Assembly: GCA_963822445.1 (NCBI GenBank)
Contig: CAWGHO010000001.1
Coordinates: forward strand, 800,001 to 864,000
Source of the DNA: an uncultured Acidobacteriota bacterium
GTDB taxonomy: Bacteria; Acidobacteriota; Thermoanaerobaculia; Gp7-AA8
DNA length: 64,000 bases
Reading direction: 5' to 3'
Made by a program: the position numbers and the translations under genes. Each line of letters starts with the position of its first letter. The first letter of the stretch is position 1. Positions 62,266 to 64,000 of the stretch are shown piece after piece. The notes below the pieces were generated by a model, which was not told where the DNA came from, made no database searches, and saw only the letters and a list, made by a program, of their open reading frames with translations.

Positions 62266-64000
62266 ATGCACCCCATCAAACGTGTATCGCTCCTCGTGTG
62301 TCTCGTCTCGTCGCTCATCCCCGTTTCAGCGAGCGCGATGCAGCATCGTCTCGAAGGCCGCGCATTCGCCGCTCTCGAGCGCCCGCTCGCCGACAGAGCG
62401 AAATTGCGCATCGAGCGCGTTCCGCTCGCCGACGGCGAGCTGGCCACGCTGCAGATCGAGCGGTTCGAGGTCATGGCGCCGAACGGAAAAGTGGTCGTCT
62501 ACGACAGCGAGGGCAACGGCAAGGAAGTGACGCCCGTGCCGATGGCGTTCTTCCGCGGCTCCGTTGCCGGAGTGAAGAACTCGTTAGTCTTCCTCTCCAC
62601 GAACGGCCAGAACATCGAAGGATTCGTCTTCTCCGAGGAGCGGAAATTCATGCTTGCCTCGCGCAAGCCGATGCGCGGTGCGATGGGACGGGCCGTCGAG
62701 CGCGACATTCTCATCGACGAAATCCCGCCGCAGTTCGAGTTCGCCCAGGGCGAGGGCTACACCTGTGATTTCGAAGGAGAGCTGATCGCGCCGTCCCACG
62801 GCATGGTGCCGCAGTCGCTCTCGTCCGAACCGCGTGCCGAGGCGGCGCTCACGGGCACGCAGCAGACGGTGCTCAATCTCGCGATCGAAAGCGACTCCGC
62901 GCTCTACACGAACTTCGGCTCGAACGCGGTGAGTGTGGAAACGTTCATCCGCAACCTGATCGCGGCCGCGGCAACGATCTACCAGCGAGACCTCGACACC
63001 GATCTCGACATCGTCCACCTCGGCATCCGCACCACCACCGATCCCTGGGCGGTCAACCCGGGTACGACCGGAACGTGGAATGGCGCGTCGACCAGTCTCA
63101 CCACGCTCAATGCGCTCCTCGAGTACGGCGACTACTGGCACAACACGCCGCCGATCAGCCGCAGCAGCCGCTCGGCCGCGATGCTGCTCAGCGGTCAGAC
63201 TCAGACCTCAGGCATTGCCTGGACGGACAACGTCTGCTCGACCGAGTTCAACGCGTCGCAGTACAACGCCCCCGGCTACACGCATTACGGCGGACCGTAC
63301 GCGTACTGCGGCGGCATGGGCAGCAACGGCAACGTTCCGAACCCGGACGGCCTGCCGAACTACGGCGTCCCCGCCAGCAACTACTGGCCGCTCCTCCAGG
63401 TTGCTCACGAGCTCGGACACACCGTGCAGTCCTCGCACACGCACTGCATCGCCGTCAATCCAGCGACCTACGGCCGTTCCTTCGTCGACCATTGCGTCAC
63501 CGCCGGCGGCTGCTACGGCGGCGCAACCAGCATCCCCGCCGAAAAGGGGACGATCATGAGCTACTGCCACCTGTACGGCGGCACGAACTCACGCTTCACC
63601 TTCGGGCAGCCTGGCGAGGCCAGCGAACAGGTGATCTCGCTGATGCGCACCCGCCTCGATCAGAAAACACCCGTGCTTTCGACGATTACCGCGCCGACAT
63701 CCGTCGTCGCCGGCAACACCGGCGTAGCCTCGGTCAGCAACACCGGCCTGACTTACACCTGGTCGATCGTCAACGGCACATTCACCGGCGGCGTCACGAC
63801 CATCACCGGTCCGAGCGTCACCTTCACCGCGGCCGTCAATCCCGTCGTCCTGACCGTCATCGCCACGAACACGCTGGCCTGCTCGATCACCGACACCATC
63901 AATGTCGCCGTCACCTCTTCGCTCGCCGCACCGACCGGCTTGACCGCGACTGCGACCGGCTCGACGAGCGTCGGCCTGGCCTGGAACGCCGTCGGTACCG
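62266..64000 (+). CDS. Secreted reprolysin-like (M12B) zinc metalloprotease with Ig-like/FN3 modules (3' end beyond window)
   Basis: Manual translation from ATG 62266 (MHPIKRVSLLVCLVSSLIPVSASA-M); open to the window edge; YTCD candidate cysteine switch, LAIESD, AHELGHTVQSSHTHC, GTIMSYCH, LAAPTGLTATA FN3 start; not in ORF track. Confidence 0.88.
   Translation, partial: MHPIKRVSLLVCLVSSLIPVSASAMQHRLEGRAFAALERPLADRAKLRIERVPLADGELATLQIERFEVMAPNGKVVVYDSEGNGKEVTPVPMAFFRGSVAGVKNSLVFLSTNGQNIEGFVFSEERKFMLASRKPMRGAMGRAVERDILIDEIPPQFEFAQGEGYTCDFEGELIAPSHGMVPQSLSSEPRAEAALTGTQQTVLNLAIESDSALYTNFGSNAVSVETFIRNLIAAAATIYQRDLDTDLDIVHLGIRTTTDPWAVNPGTTGTWNGASTSLTTLNALLEYGDYWHNTPPISRSSRSAAMLLSGQTQTSGIAWTDNVCSTEFNASQYNAPGYTHYGGPYAYCGGMGSNGNVPNPDGLPNYGVPASNYWPLLQVAHELGHTVQSSHTHCIAVNPATYGRSFVDHCVTAGGCYGGATSIPAEKGTIMSYCHLYGGTNSRFTFGQPGEASEQVISLMRTRLDQKTPVLSTITAPTSVVAGNTGVASVSNTGLTYTWSIVNGTFTGGVTTITGPSVTFTAAVNPVVLTVIATNTLACSITDTINVAVTSSLAAPTGLTATATGSTSVGLAWNAVGT

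Overview
High-GC bacterial chromosome segment. The gene repertoire suggests Acidobacteriota, possibly Thermoanaerobaculia; this is inference only. Bases 1-22.5 kb hold housekeeping and signalling genes, mostly on the minus strand. They include a chemosensory cluster (DUF4388 protein, cheY, cheA, ExeA-like ATPase, cheW, Zn-ribbon pseudo-receiver), ribH-nusB, an amidase, gatCA, a MEDS histidine kinase, an HD-GYP protein, a PP2C, DnaJ-TPR and rodZ. A hidden Rdx-family selenoprotein gene (CxxU, SECIS-like hairpin) also lies here and is mis-called by the ORF track. Bases 22.5-58.3 kb form a large surface-glycan locus: arylsulfotransferase, PglF/C/D/E-like genes, O-antigen-ligase/O-OTase-like gene, gmd/fcl, wzx/wzy, a Wzz-like protein, 4 glycosyltransferases and 4 methyltransferases. 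Embedded in it is a cassette of CoA-transferase, SDRs, a divergent GH36, Zn-ADH and a mutarotase. Within and after the locus are four secreted zinc metalloproteases; two end in an unassigned three-fold HxxxLR repeat that may be a surface-anchoring module. Three conserved genes carry single-base frameshifts, probably assembly errors. No rRNA, tRNA, CRISPR array, integrase or transposase was recognised.
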